From Heteronotia binoei (taxonomy: Eukaryota): a DNA stretch of 64,000 bases. The notes under the pieces are model-generated. The model did not search any database, was not told the origin of the DNA, and worked only from the letters and a program-made list of their open reading frames with translations. Where the stretch lies: assembly GCF_032191835.1 (NCBI RefSeq), contig NC_083228.1, forward strand, positions 88,598,001-88,662,000. Reading direction: 5' to 3'. A program made the position numbers and the translations under genes. The stretch's first letter is position 1. Each line of letters opens with the position of its first letter. Positions 12,456 to 22,102 of this stretch are shown here, in pieces.

Positions 12456-12468
12456 TTTTGAGAGTAAT
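12456..12468 (+). other. Self-priming-type primer-binding site TTTTGAGAGTAAT
   Basis: Immediately follows the 5' LTR, does not start with TGG (so not a tRNA-CCA complement), and is the reverse complement of ATTACTCTCAA inside the LTR (14460-14470; 12382-12391). Confidence 0.8.
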
Positions 12469-12509
12469 CCTTGCAAGAAGTTTAACCACCCTGGCAACTT
12501 TGTAATCAG

Positions 12510-13480
12510 ATGGCTGAAAAGATTCCAGTGAGCAGTGAACTTCCAGAACCTGAAGAAGGGGCGAGAGCACCAACACCACCATGGCACGTGCTAGATGCCT
12601 GGAGAGTCGCTGGGCCCAGCTTCCCTCTCCACATTCAACAACTCTTGGTCACCCCACATCAGTGGCAGCCGCGTACCTCTACCGCCACGATGGATGAGGT
12701 CCCAGCGCGCAGAGAGGCCATCCTAACTAGGCACATGCACTGGGTGAAGATGGCTAATGAGGGGGGTGAGGGGCCCGAGCCGGGAGAAGAAGAAAGCGCA
12801 ACAGCCGCAGCAGTGGTCGGCGCGGAAGCCGATCCTCCCCTATGTGCAGTGGCAGGGACCCACAAGGTGACGGGTCCGAGGGAGGAGGAAGACGAGATTG
12901 CTCGAGAATTCCAAGCGATGGTTCGAAAGGAAGTCGAAGGGGTCGCCAAGGGGTTGTGGGATGAGATGCAAGCGATGACCACCATGATGGCTGGGGAGTT
13001 CAACAGGCAAGTCAACCAAATCCTGGGGACGCCTGACCCGAGAAGAGCCCTGCAACCACCTGCAGCTAGACCCTCAACAGTACTGCCTCAGGCGCAACCT
13101 ACAGCACCCCCGGTCCCTTGAGAAGGGGGCCGAGGAAGAGATTTGGAAGCCACCTTTGACGGGGACCCCGAGGAGGTGGAGTATTTCACAATCCAGGCCA
13201 ATAGCTACATGCACTATTGGGGGAACACCTTCCCTGATGAATTTAGTCGTGTAGACTATTTGGGATCGAAGCTGAAGGGGGCCGCCAAAAGATGGTACAT
13301 GAGCCTGCATGAGGCCATGAGCCCTGAGCTGGACTTTGTGGCCACCTTCTTACAAGCCCTACTAGCCCAGTATGAGGACCCCCTGCAGGAGACCCACGCA
13401 TTGGCCGCCTTGAGGGACATGCAACAAGGCTCCAAGACGATTCGTGAGTATGCGGCCGAGTTCCACACCAACGCAGGCAT
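12510..13480 (+). pseudogene. gag (capsid-like, PEG10/RTL/LDOC1-related) interrupted by one in-frame TGA
   Basis: ORFs 12510-13121 and 13143 onward are in the same frame, separated by TGA 13119-13121; FDGDPEEVEYF...LKGAAKRWY...QGSKTIREYAAEF is typical of sushi-type capsid. Confidence 0.85.
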
Positions 13481-14074
13481 GGTGGAAGTGGAAACCAATA
13501 CAACGAGCTCAAGACCCCACCTTGTTCGAGCAATGGTGGGGTAAATTAGAGAGCAGTTGGAAAGCGATCCAAGAGAATTTGAAAGTAGCCAAAGAGGCTT
13601 ATAAAAAGCAGTATGATAAATCCCATGTGCCCATCTGGGATTTCAAAGTGGGGGACTCAGTTTTTGTGTCCACGAAAAACCTTCCACTGAACCAGCCCTC
13701 AAAGAAGTTGGCTTATAGATTTCTAGGTCCTTTCAAAATCAAGAGGGTAATTAATAAAGTGACAGTAGAATTGGAGTTGCCCAAGATGTTTAGAAAAATA
13801 CACCCTGTCTTTCATTGCAGTCTTCTGCGAAGAGACCCGGGTGGTACTCCTTGGCACCCTCGACCACCAGCTCCACAACCTATCCAGATTGGGAATCAGA
13901 GTCATCATGAAGTGCAAGAGATATTAGATGCCAAAATAAAACGTGTTGTATTATTTGATTAAATGGAAACATTTCCCTGAGAGTGAAAATGAATGGGTAG
14001 CAGAAAAAGATGTGTTAGCCCCTGATTTGGTAAACAAGTTCCATAAAGCATTCCCTCAGAAACCCCAAGGTTGA
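13481..14074 (+). pseudogene. Integrase C-terminal region with GPF motif and chromodomain (frameshifted)
   Basis: FKVGDSV...FLGPFKI...IHPVFHCSLL, then HEVQEILD and, after a frameshift, YLIKWKHFPESENEWVAEKDVLAPDLVNKFHKAFP; stop TGA 14072-14074. Confidence 0.88.
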
Positions 14075-14078
14075 TCTT

Positions 14079-14091
14079 AGGAGGGGCAGTA
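14079..14091 (+). other. Polypurine tract
   Basis: AGGAGGGGCAGTA directly before the 3' LTR start TGTC. Confidence 0.75.
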
Positions 14092-14557
14092 TGTCAAACA
14101 TGGTGAAATTCCACTGATAATTGATTGTTATAGGGTCCTGCCTAATCCTGGTCTGTGAAGAATCATGGAGGATCCAGCCTTGCTAGCTTTGTTATTCTTT
14201 CCCTCCCCCCTTTTTGCTTTATTGCCTAAATACTAGAAGTAGTGAGAAATGAAATTAACTTGAGAAGCAGTAATCAGCACCTTCCCATACATTCCCGTTA
14301 GGGAGTGTGAGACATCTGGGGAAAGCAAGGACAGAGTCCTGATAACACTGTGAGAATATAGACATTTATGATAGTTTGTGTGAGAGCTACCCCACACACC
14401 CATCCCTTGGAATCCTTTTGAAGTAAGCCTCAGAAGTACTATATCAATGTATATGCAGCATTACTCTCAAGAATCTGTTACACAGAAAGTATCAGTCTAT
14501 CAATAAACGTAGTCTTTGTATCAACTTTGACTGGTCATTAAACCCGCATGCTTGACA
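14092..14557 (+). repeat. 3' LTR
   Basis: TGTCAAACATGG...CATGCTTGACA; contains AATAAA near 14502; direct repeat of the 5' LTR. Confidence 0.93.
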
Positions 14558-14613
14558 TTTTGCGTCTTTCCCCAATTATCTTCCCTTGGCTGAACATCAA
14601 CCCAAAATAATAC

Positions 14614-14755
14614 CTCAGTAATATTGTGTTTATTTAAAGATGTCAGTTCATAGGGATCCACATATAATCCCTTTGGAAGGTGAATTTTAATTGCCACCAT
14701 GCAGCTTCCTGTATCTTCATCAACTGCACCAAGTTTTACCCTACTCAGAAGATCT
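14614..14755 (-). CDS. PIGX: PIGX exon 3
   Basis: GTTAG acceptor, GAG|GTATT donor, 142 nt; DLLSRVKLG...LPKGLYVDPYELTSLNKHNITE matches human DLLIKVKFG...IPAGLYVDPYELASLRERNITE. Confidence 0.97.
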
Positions 14756-15350
14756 CTAACATTAAAAAAAGAAAAAGACGTTAAAAGCTCTTTAAATGCA
14801 TGTTAAAGTCATGCAAAAATTTTATGCAAACAATCTCAAAAGAATAACATTTTCACTTCTGCATGTATAACACTTTTAAGAGCCAGAAACTATATTTTAA
14901 ACTACTTCTATTTGTGTTCTAGGGCTGCTGCAGACCTCCCTACTGAATTCATTTCTAAACATGCCCTTATAAAATCAGACTTTATGTTCTATTTTCATCC
15001 CTGCTTACACTCATACTATAAATCATTGTCATCTTCTCTGTACTATTGGAGGACTGAAGCTCAGAAATGCTCCCTATCCAGTTCAGCATGCACAATAACT
15101 GTACAGTGTACAACTTTAACAGAACTAGGTGGTAGATAACATAAATCAATTTGGCCAAGAACAGCCTGGAACTTATACTGACAATTACATACCTGTAACA
15201 CGTCCATTTTATTTAGCATAAATCATCAGCTCACTTGTCCATTGGACCATATGCATACTGACTGGTTAGCTGGGTGCAAAAGTTTGAAAGATTTCAGTCT
15301 TTATTGTTATTAGAACAGAAGCACTGTTTAATACCTTGCCAGAAACCCAC

Positions 15351-15408
15351 CTGTGAAAGCCATCTTTCAAGAGCCATTGTGTGATCTTTGGACAAGAATC
15401 CTGTGCCG
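15351..15408 (-). CDS. PIGX: PIGX exon 2
   Basis: TTATAG acceptor, CAG|GTGGGT donor, 58 nt, phase 1 to 2; AQDSCPKITQWLLKDGFHR matches human ...LKDGFHR. Confidence 0.92.
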
Positions 15409-15616
15409 CTATAAGATGAAACAAAAAGTTAAAAGAAGAATCTATCACAGACTGCAGTGCCCCTGCATCTTACTATGATTGCTGGAGGTCTTGTCCACAA
15501 GTTGATAAATTCTGACAGCACATTAGAACACATATTCAGATTATAACTTCATACACTATACCCTTTTCAGCTGAGCAGATGTTATGAACATTCTTCCAAA
15601 ATTGTGACTTCAGTAA

Positions 15617-15910
15617 AAAGGTAAAGGTAGTTCCCTGTGCAAGCACCAGTTGTTTCCAACTCTGGGGTGACATCGCATCACAACGTTTTCATGGCAGACT
15701 TTTTACGGGGTGGTTTGCCATTTCCTTCTCCAGTCATCTACACTTTACACCCAGCAAGCTGGGTACTCATTTTACCAGCCTTGGAAGGATGGAAGGCTGA
15801 GTCAACTTTGAGCTGGCTACCTGAACCCAGTTTCCACCAGGATTGAACTCAGGTTGTCAGCAGAGCTTGAACTCCAGTACTGCAGCTTATCACTCTGTGC
15901 TACGGTATCC
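15617..15910 (-). mobile_element. Sauria SINE (Squam1)
   Basis: AAAGGTAAAGGTAG tail and tRNA-related head on the minus strand; matches copies at 37551 and 45737. Confidence 0.88.
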
Positions 15911-17722
15911 TTTATGAAAGATTTAAAAGCAAACTGTAATTTTATAAATAAAATTACCTACTGAAGTGATGGCAGACAATAAGACTTTTAAATCCAGCCT
16001 TGAAGTTTATCACTTGCTTGCTAGGCTAATCAAGAGGCACCTGCTCAAACATACCCACCACCACCATTTATGTATTCATTTCCAGCAGCCACAAGAGTTC
16101 TGTCGTGTTTTTCTCCACCAGGGGAGAAATGTCATCTTTTCTATTTCGAAACAGTTACAGTAGCTGTCGGTTTGTTTCAAAATTCAATTCAAGGTGCTAT
16201 ATGGGGCCCATATATCTGTAGGTCTGCATCCTCTCATACATTTCTGTGCCTCAACTAGAATCTTCAGGCTGGTACCGGTTGTCTGTTCCCCAAATTAGGA
16301 TGGCCTCTTGGCATCAATCAAAGCCTGGCATTTTCCATCGTGGCCCTTCTTTTTGGAATGATCTCCCTGAAGAGATGAATAGAAGCACGGAAAGTCTTGT
16401 TTGTTAGCCAGGGCTTTGATGAGGTATGAACAGCAGGCGTTTTTGATGAGGTATGAACAGCAACTTGGAAGTTGCCTTTGACTAAGAGGAAAAGCAGCAT
16501 ATATATATATATATATATATAAAAAAAATAAAATAAATAAGATGACCTAGCTGCTGACTGCTCTCCCCTGCCTCCGACCTGAGAGAATATTGAGCCTTGC
16601 AGCACCCATTTTATTTCTATCTGTGCTCTCTGGCAAAGATACAAAGAAAGAAAAATAGCTTAACAACAGTCAGAAACTTCCATTCTGCCTTCTTGAACAG
16701 GAAAAACATAACAAAACTTTTTAGTTGGTGACTAAAAACCATATAACAATACATTCAGGCACTAGCAAATTAGTGCTATATGCAGTTTGCTCACTAACTA
16801 TAGAAAAAAACATATTTCAACTTACATACATGCTGTGACATGAAAATAAAGAACACAATCCAAGACGAGACGATACCTGACAGAAGAGGTACATGGTTTT
16901 TCCACTGAGACATCTTGAAATAAAGCTGCAAGAAAAAAACCCAAATCACATGATATGGCTAGCAGCTACTGCTACAAAGTTTAGAGTTGTTTTCATCAAA
17001 GCTGTCATTTTTCAATTTAGAAAATTTTTCAATTTAAAAAAAATCACTGTTTCTCTCAAGAAAAAGAGAGAATAAGCACAACCACTGCTTTCAAACCATA
17101 TGCATTGTTTTGATCGCCCACATAACTTCAGCCCAGGACTATATTAGTATGCTTCAGTACTGACTGGAACTTTTCAACGCTAGAGAGATCAAATGAAATT
17201 TCCATTAGGAAGCTCCTTGAAACACAATTCTCAGTTAATCTGGAACTGGTTCTTCCAAAATCCACAGATTCATTCAGACATGAAAAAGATCATTATACAT
17301 AAAAAGTTATTATGTTCAAACTGGCCCCACAATTAATGATCTGAATTACCATTTTATGATGTTATCTTCACTTGTATGTCTCCAAGATCTCATATTTGTA
17401 ACAAAATTAAGACCCATTTAACATAATATCATCAGTATTATTTAATCACACAAACTCCAAAACTATAATGGTCAGTTCACTGCAACCATGCAAGGGGAGT
17501 TAGTTGGCATCAAACACTTTTTGCATGACATCTTGATATCCTCTTGCATAAGACATATCCTCCCATCCATATCCATGGAAAGCAGAAAATAACCTATATG
17601 TGAGGGAAGAAAGCACTGGCAAGAGACAAAATCCTGCAGAGGGAACTTAAGGATGATAAATCCTGCCTATTTACTTCAGCTGTACCACATAGATCAGATA
17701 AATATTGCAGGAAGGTCTATGG

Positions 17723-18027
17723 CAGGGGTGGCCAAACTTTCTTAACATAAAAGCCACATAGAATAAACGTCAGATGTTTGAGAGCCACAAGGTATGAATG
17801 CCAGATGTTTGTGAGCTGCAAGACATGAAAGCTAGAAGGAAGATAGATAAATGGGAAGGGGGAGAGGTGGAAAGAAAACAACTTTAAATGCATTCTCCAA
17901 GCTGCCGGCTGGCTTGGAGAAGTTATTTAAAGAGACAAATGCCTTCTCCAAGCTGGCCGATGGGGCAGGGGAGAGGCTCCAAGAGCCACACAATGTCTGT
18001 GAAAGAGCCACAATTTGGCAACCCCTG
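17723..18027. mobile_element. Non-autonomous hAT (Charlie-like) DNA transposon
   Basis: TIRs CAGGGGTGGCCAAAC / TTTGGCAACCCCTG; flanks GTCTATGG and GTCTATTT (6/8 TSD); same family as 53737-54045. Confidence 0.8.
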
Positions 18028-18029
18028 GT

Positions 18030-18440
18030 CTATTTATTTATTTATTTTTCGCATTTATATCCCGCCCTCCCCGCCGAAGCAGGCTCAGGGCGGCTAACAA
18101 AATCATTAAATATCCACAACAAAACAATAAAACCATAAAGCAATAAAAACAATTTCAGTAAGATCAATTAAAATTAACAATTACACTTTAAATATTGAAC
18201 AGATTTTAAAAACAGTTTTGGTGCTAAGTTCCATACCATGATGTTAAGCAACTCTGTACTTTAGTTGAAGGCCATTCGAAAAAGTGTTTTACAAGCCTTG
18301 CGGAATGGGGCAAAGTCCCACAAGACTCTAACATCATCAGGGAGTTGGCTCCACCAGTGGGGGGCAGCAATAGAGAAGGCTCGTCTACAGAGTAGTCTTG
18401 CCTGTTCCTATTTCATTTGCTCTTTGGAAAACAGCTGGGG
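18030..18440 (-). mobile_element. L2-type LINE 3' fragment
   Basis: TTTATATCCCGCCCTCCCCGCCGAAGCAGGCTCAGGGCGGCT terminus with TTTA repeats, followed by a degenerate L2-like 3' body. Confidence 0.6.
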
Positions 18441-18626
18441 ATACGCTTGCTTGCTGCAGCCTCCAGCACTGCCTATGTCCCACAGGTCCAGTACACACAC
18501 AGGAGCTGACGCTGATACTGATGGTACTCTAATTATAAAACTCTTGAGCTTTTGTCTGTGCACACACACTTCAGATCTTATTCAGGTGGGTAGCCATGTT
18601 AAGTCTAAAGCAAGAGAACAAAATTT

Positions 18627-18760
18627 GAGTCCAGTGGCACCTTCAAGACCAAAAAAGTTTAATTCAAGGTATAAGTTTTCCTATGCATGTACATTTCTTA
18701 GTGTACAAAAGCTTACACCCAGAATTAAACTAAGTTGGTCTTAAAGGTGCCCCTGGACTC
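18627..18760. mobile_element. Penelope-like inverted remnant (hairpin)
   Basis: 26-bp inverted repeat GAGTCCAGTGGCACCTTCAAGACCAA ... TTGGTCTTAAAGGTGCCCCTGGACTC with 2 mismatches. Confidence 0.6.
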
Positions 18761-20443
18761 CAACTTACTTCAAATAGACAACTTACTTCAAATAGACAAA
18801 TTAAAAATGAAAGATTACAGATTTGGACTCCAACTTACTTCAAATAGACAAATTAAAAACTAATAAGTCACCAGGTCCGGATGGCATACATCCGAGAGTT
18901 CTGAAGGAACTCAAAGTTGAACTTGTGGATCTTCTAACAAAAATCTGTAATCTTTCATTGAAATCTGCCTCCGTTCCTGAGGACTGGAAGGTAGCAAATG
19001 TCACCCCCATCTTTAAAAAAGGTTCCAGAGGAGATCCGGGAAATTACAGGCCAGTCAGTCTGACTTCAATACCGGGAAAGTTGGTAGAAACCATTATCAA
19101 GGACAGAATGAGTAGGCACATTGATGAACACGGGTTATTGAGGAAGACTCAGCATGGGTTCTGCAAGGGAAGATCTTGCCTCACTAACCTGTTGCATTTC
19201 TTTGAGGGGGTGAACAAACATGTGGACAAAGGAGACCCGATAGATGTTGTTTACCTTGACTTCCAGAAAGCTTTTGATAAAGTTCCTCATCAAAGGCTCC
19301 TTAGAAAGCTTGAGAATCATGGAGTAAAAGGACAGGTCCTCTTGTGGATCAAAAACTGGCTGAGTAATAGGAAGCAGAGAGTGAGTATAAATGGGCAGTC
19401 TTCGCAGTGGAGGACGGTAAGCAGTGGGGTGCCACAGGGCTCGGTACTGGGTCCCATGCTCTTTAACTTGTTCATAAATGATTTAGAGTTGGGAGTGAGC
19501 AGTGAAGTGGCCAAGTTTGCGGATGACACTAAATTGTTCAGGGTGGTGAGAACCAGAGAGGATTGTGAGGAACTCCAAAGGGATCTGTTGAGGCTGGGTG
19601 AGTGGGCGTCAACGTGGCAGATGCGGTTCAATGTGGCCAAGTGCAAAGTAATGCACATTGGGGCTAAGAATCCCAGCTACAAATACAAGTTGATGGGGTG
19701 TGAACTGGCAGAGACTGATCAAGAGAGAGATCTTGGGGTCATGATAGATAACTCACTGAAAGTGTCAAGACAGTGTGCGTTTGCAATAAAAAAGGCCAAT
19801 GCCATGCTGGGAATTATTAGGAAGGGAATTGAAAACAAATCAGCCAGTATCATAATGCCCCTGTATAAATCGATGGTGCGGTCTCATTTGGAGTACTGTG
19901 TGCAGTTCTGGTCGCCGCACCTCAAAAAGGATATTATAGCTTTAGAGAAGGTGCAGAGAAGGGCAACTAGAATGATTAAAGGGCTGGAGCACTTTCCCTA
20001 TGAAGAAAGGTTGAAACGCTTGGGACTCTTTAGCTTGGAGAAACGTCGACTGCGGGGTGACATGATAGAGGTTTACAAGATAATGCATGGGATGGAGAAA
20101 GTAGACAAAGAAGTACTTTTCTCCCTTTCTCACAATACAAGAACTCGTGGGCATTCGATGAAATTGCTGAGCAGACAGGTTAAAACGGATAAAAGGAAGT
20201 ACTTCTTCACCCAAAGGGTGATTAACATGTGGAATTCACTGCCACAGGAGGTGGTGGCGGCCACAAGTATAGCCACCTTCAAGAGGGGTCTAGATAAAAA
20301 TATGGAGCAGAGGTCCATCAGTGGCTATTAGCCACAGTGTATGTGTGTATATAACATTTTTTGCCACTGTGTGACACAGAGTGTTGGACTTGATGGGCCG
20401 TTGGCCTGATCCAGCATGGCTTCTCTTATGTTCTTATGTTCTT
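18761..20443 (+). mobile_element. Young 5'-truncated CR1 LINE with uninterrupted RT reading frame, in PIGX intron 1
   Basis: ORF 18823-20331 (502 aa) with [41 protein letters not shown] and FADD; no endonuclease domain; tail CTTATGTTCTTATGTTCTT. Confidence 0.96.
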
Positions 20444-20799
20444 AAATCTCGGTCACTCTGTGACAGTAGGCCATTTGTTATATATCATATCTGCACACAA
20501 TTACATTATTCTAACTACACATCATCCTTCTGCATTATCTTCACAAGAGTCATCTATGCATATTTCAGATGTTGAGCCATACGAAGGCGGTTTGCAATCC
20601 TCAAACAACCTGAGTGAAACAAGAGGCACTAAAATCTACAGAAGTTTCTTCCTCGTGGAAGAAATCTACAGAAGTTTCTTCTACGTAACAACAGGTTTGT
20701 AACACGTGAAACAAAACTGATTTTCCGCAGACAAGAATAGCAAAGATTCTTCAACCTTCTCTCCTAAATACTCACAGGAAACTACTCTGAAAGCGAGAG

Positions 20800-21600
20800 C
20801 ATCTTTTTACCGCGAGAAGAGGCTCCGACCGGGAACCTCCGACATCTCCTCACAGCAGCAGGCTGGAGGCTATCAGGGCCTGGATGGACTCTCCTTCGCT
20901 ACAGCACTGAAGCGACACCCCCCCCCCCGCCCCGAGATCCTCTGTCAGTCACTCCTGCAGCGTCACCCAGAGGAGGAACCTGAAGCACTAACGTACATAG
21001 CACCTCCCACATAAAAGAGGGATTTACTCTTACCTCATCTGTGCGCGTCTAAGGCCCTCCTTTGGGACTGTCCACTCCATGCCTGCTTGGAAAGAGCTCG
21101 CCAGTCAGAGTTTTCCTGTGACAACTCGAAACTAATATTAATTAAGTATCAAATATCAGAAAGTAACAATCAAAAAGTTAGAATATTCACAAGTTATTTT
21201 CTTCCCTGCGGGCATTTCTGAAAGACAGAACTTACTGAGGGGCCTGACGTGATATCGGCGGCGAGCGGTCGTTATGGTGATGAGTCCGAGGAGAAAGAGA
21301 GTTTTCAGAGAAGTCTTCCGTGAGGAATCTGCAGACCTAATTAAAAAAAGATAATTGTTGTAGTTCTTACTGCATGTGTGTACCCGGTCAGATTACTAGG
21401 CCGCAGCTCTGACTTTGGTCTTTTTCTGTCTTCTACCTACCTTTGGAGCGCAAATCAAAGAGCTGAGCGATCCAATGCGAAATCAAGAACTTTTGCATTT
21501 CCAGAAAACAAAGCGAGCAACCAGATCTCGGCTCTCCTCGTTTCAGAAATAAACTGCATTAAAGCAGCGATGTCTCTGGAGTAAACGGCTACGTGGAAGA
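20800..21600. promoter_or_regulatory. CpG-rich bidirectional promoter region shared by PIGX (minus) and CEP19 (plus)
   Basis: CpG-rich block between two divergently oriented genes; TGACGTGA (CRE-like, 21245-21252) and X-box-like GTCGTTATGGTGAT (21268-21281); head-to-head as in human. Confidence 0.75.
21236..21308 (-). CDS. PIGX: Candidate PIGX first coding exon (CUG start, signal-peptide-like)
   Basis: TCA|GTAAGT donor in the phase 1 required by exon 2; CTG AAA ACT CTC TTT CTC CTC GGA CTC ATC ACC ATA ACG ACC GCT = (M)KTLFLLGLITITTA; no in-frame ATG up to the stop at 21393-21395. Not confirmed. Confidence 0.35.
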
Positions 21601-21972
21601 GACATCCTCTAGATGATAAAATAGGAGCTTTGTGTGCAGATAGGTGTGGTGTGAATCACCCAACTGCGTAAAACTTGCTTTATGAATTGTTTATTCAAAC
21701 AATGTTAATAAACTGCATGACATTTGTGATTGGCAGCTGCTACTTTCTCTGAAATTTTAATTCGTGCAACATTTAAACATGCCTCATTAAAATGGTATTT
21801 ATTTTTTCCCCTAAAGCCTTTTTTGAATTAAACTTTAAATTAAATAAAGTGTTAGGAATTTCCTTTTAAATTTTGCCCTTTCTCTTTTAACAAATGTTTA
21901 TCAGATTACCACACTTGCACATATGAGACTGATATTTTTTTATAAGATTATAAAGCTAAAATAGGTGTTAGG

Positions 21973-22102
21973 ATGTCTTTCATTGCAAGAAAGTGCGGCC
22001 TTCAGTTGCAGCCTCCATCTATTATTTTAATTTATGAAGATCAAGTCAAGAATAATATACGGAAGCGTATCATGCCTATTCGGAATTTCTCCAAGTACTC
22101 AG
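21973..22102 (+). CDS. CEP19: CEP19 first coding exon
   Basis: [43 protein letters not shown], 130 nt, CAG|GTATGG donor; matches human CEP19 KKCGIRFQPPAIILIY...RIMPVRNFSKFS. Confidence 0.96.

Larger units (their letters stand above)
11725..14557 (+). mobile_element. Internally deleted Gypsy/chromovirus (Tf1/sushi-type) LTR retrotransposon in PIGX intron 3, antisense to PIGX
   Basis: Two long direct repeats; outer termini TGTCAAGCATG...CATGCTTGACA form an 11-bp inverted repeat; gag remnant, integrase C-terminus with GPF motif and chromodomain, polypurine tract. Confidence 0.95.

Noticed and set aside
15409-15448. GTG-started extension of PIGX exon 2 (VIDSSFNFLFHLI) as a signal peptide
   Set aside because: It is the polypyrimidine tract and acceptor of exon 2; the hydrophobic codons follow from the T-rich sequence.
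18265-18744. 159-aa plus-strand ORF
   Set aside because: Runs across an antisense L2 remnant and a Penelope-like remnant; no coherent protein.
20776-20845. ATG 20845 to donor 20775 as PIGX exon 1
   Set aside because: Correct phase but interrupted by TAA at 20807-20809 and not signal-peptide-like; kept only as an alternative in the PIGX finding.
21034-21080. ATG-initiated MEWTVPKEGLRRAQMR with a strong donor as PIGX exon 1
   Set aside because: Phase 2 donor, out of frame with exon 2, and no hydrophobic core; may still be a UTR exon or uORF.
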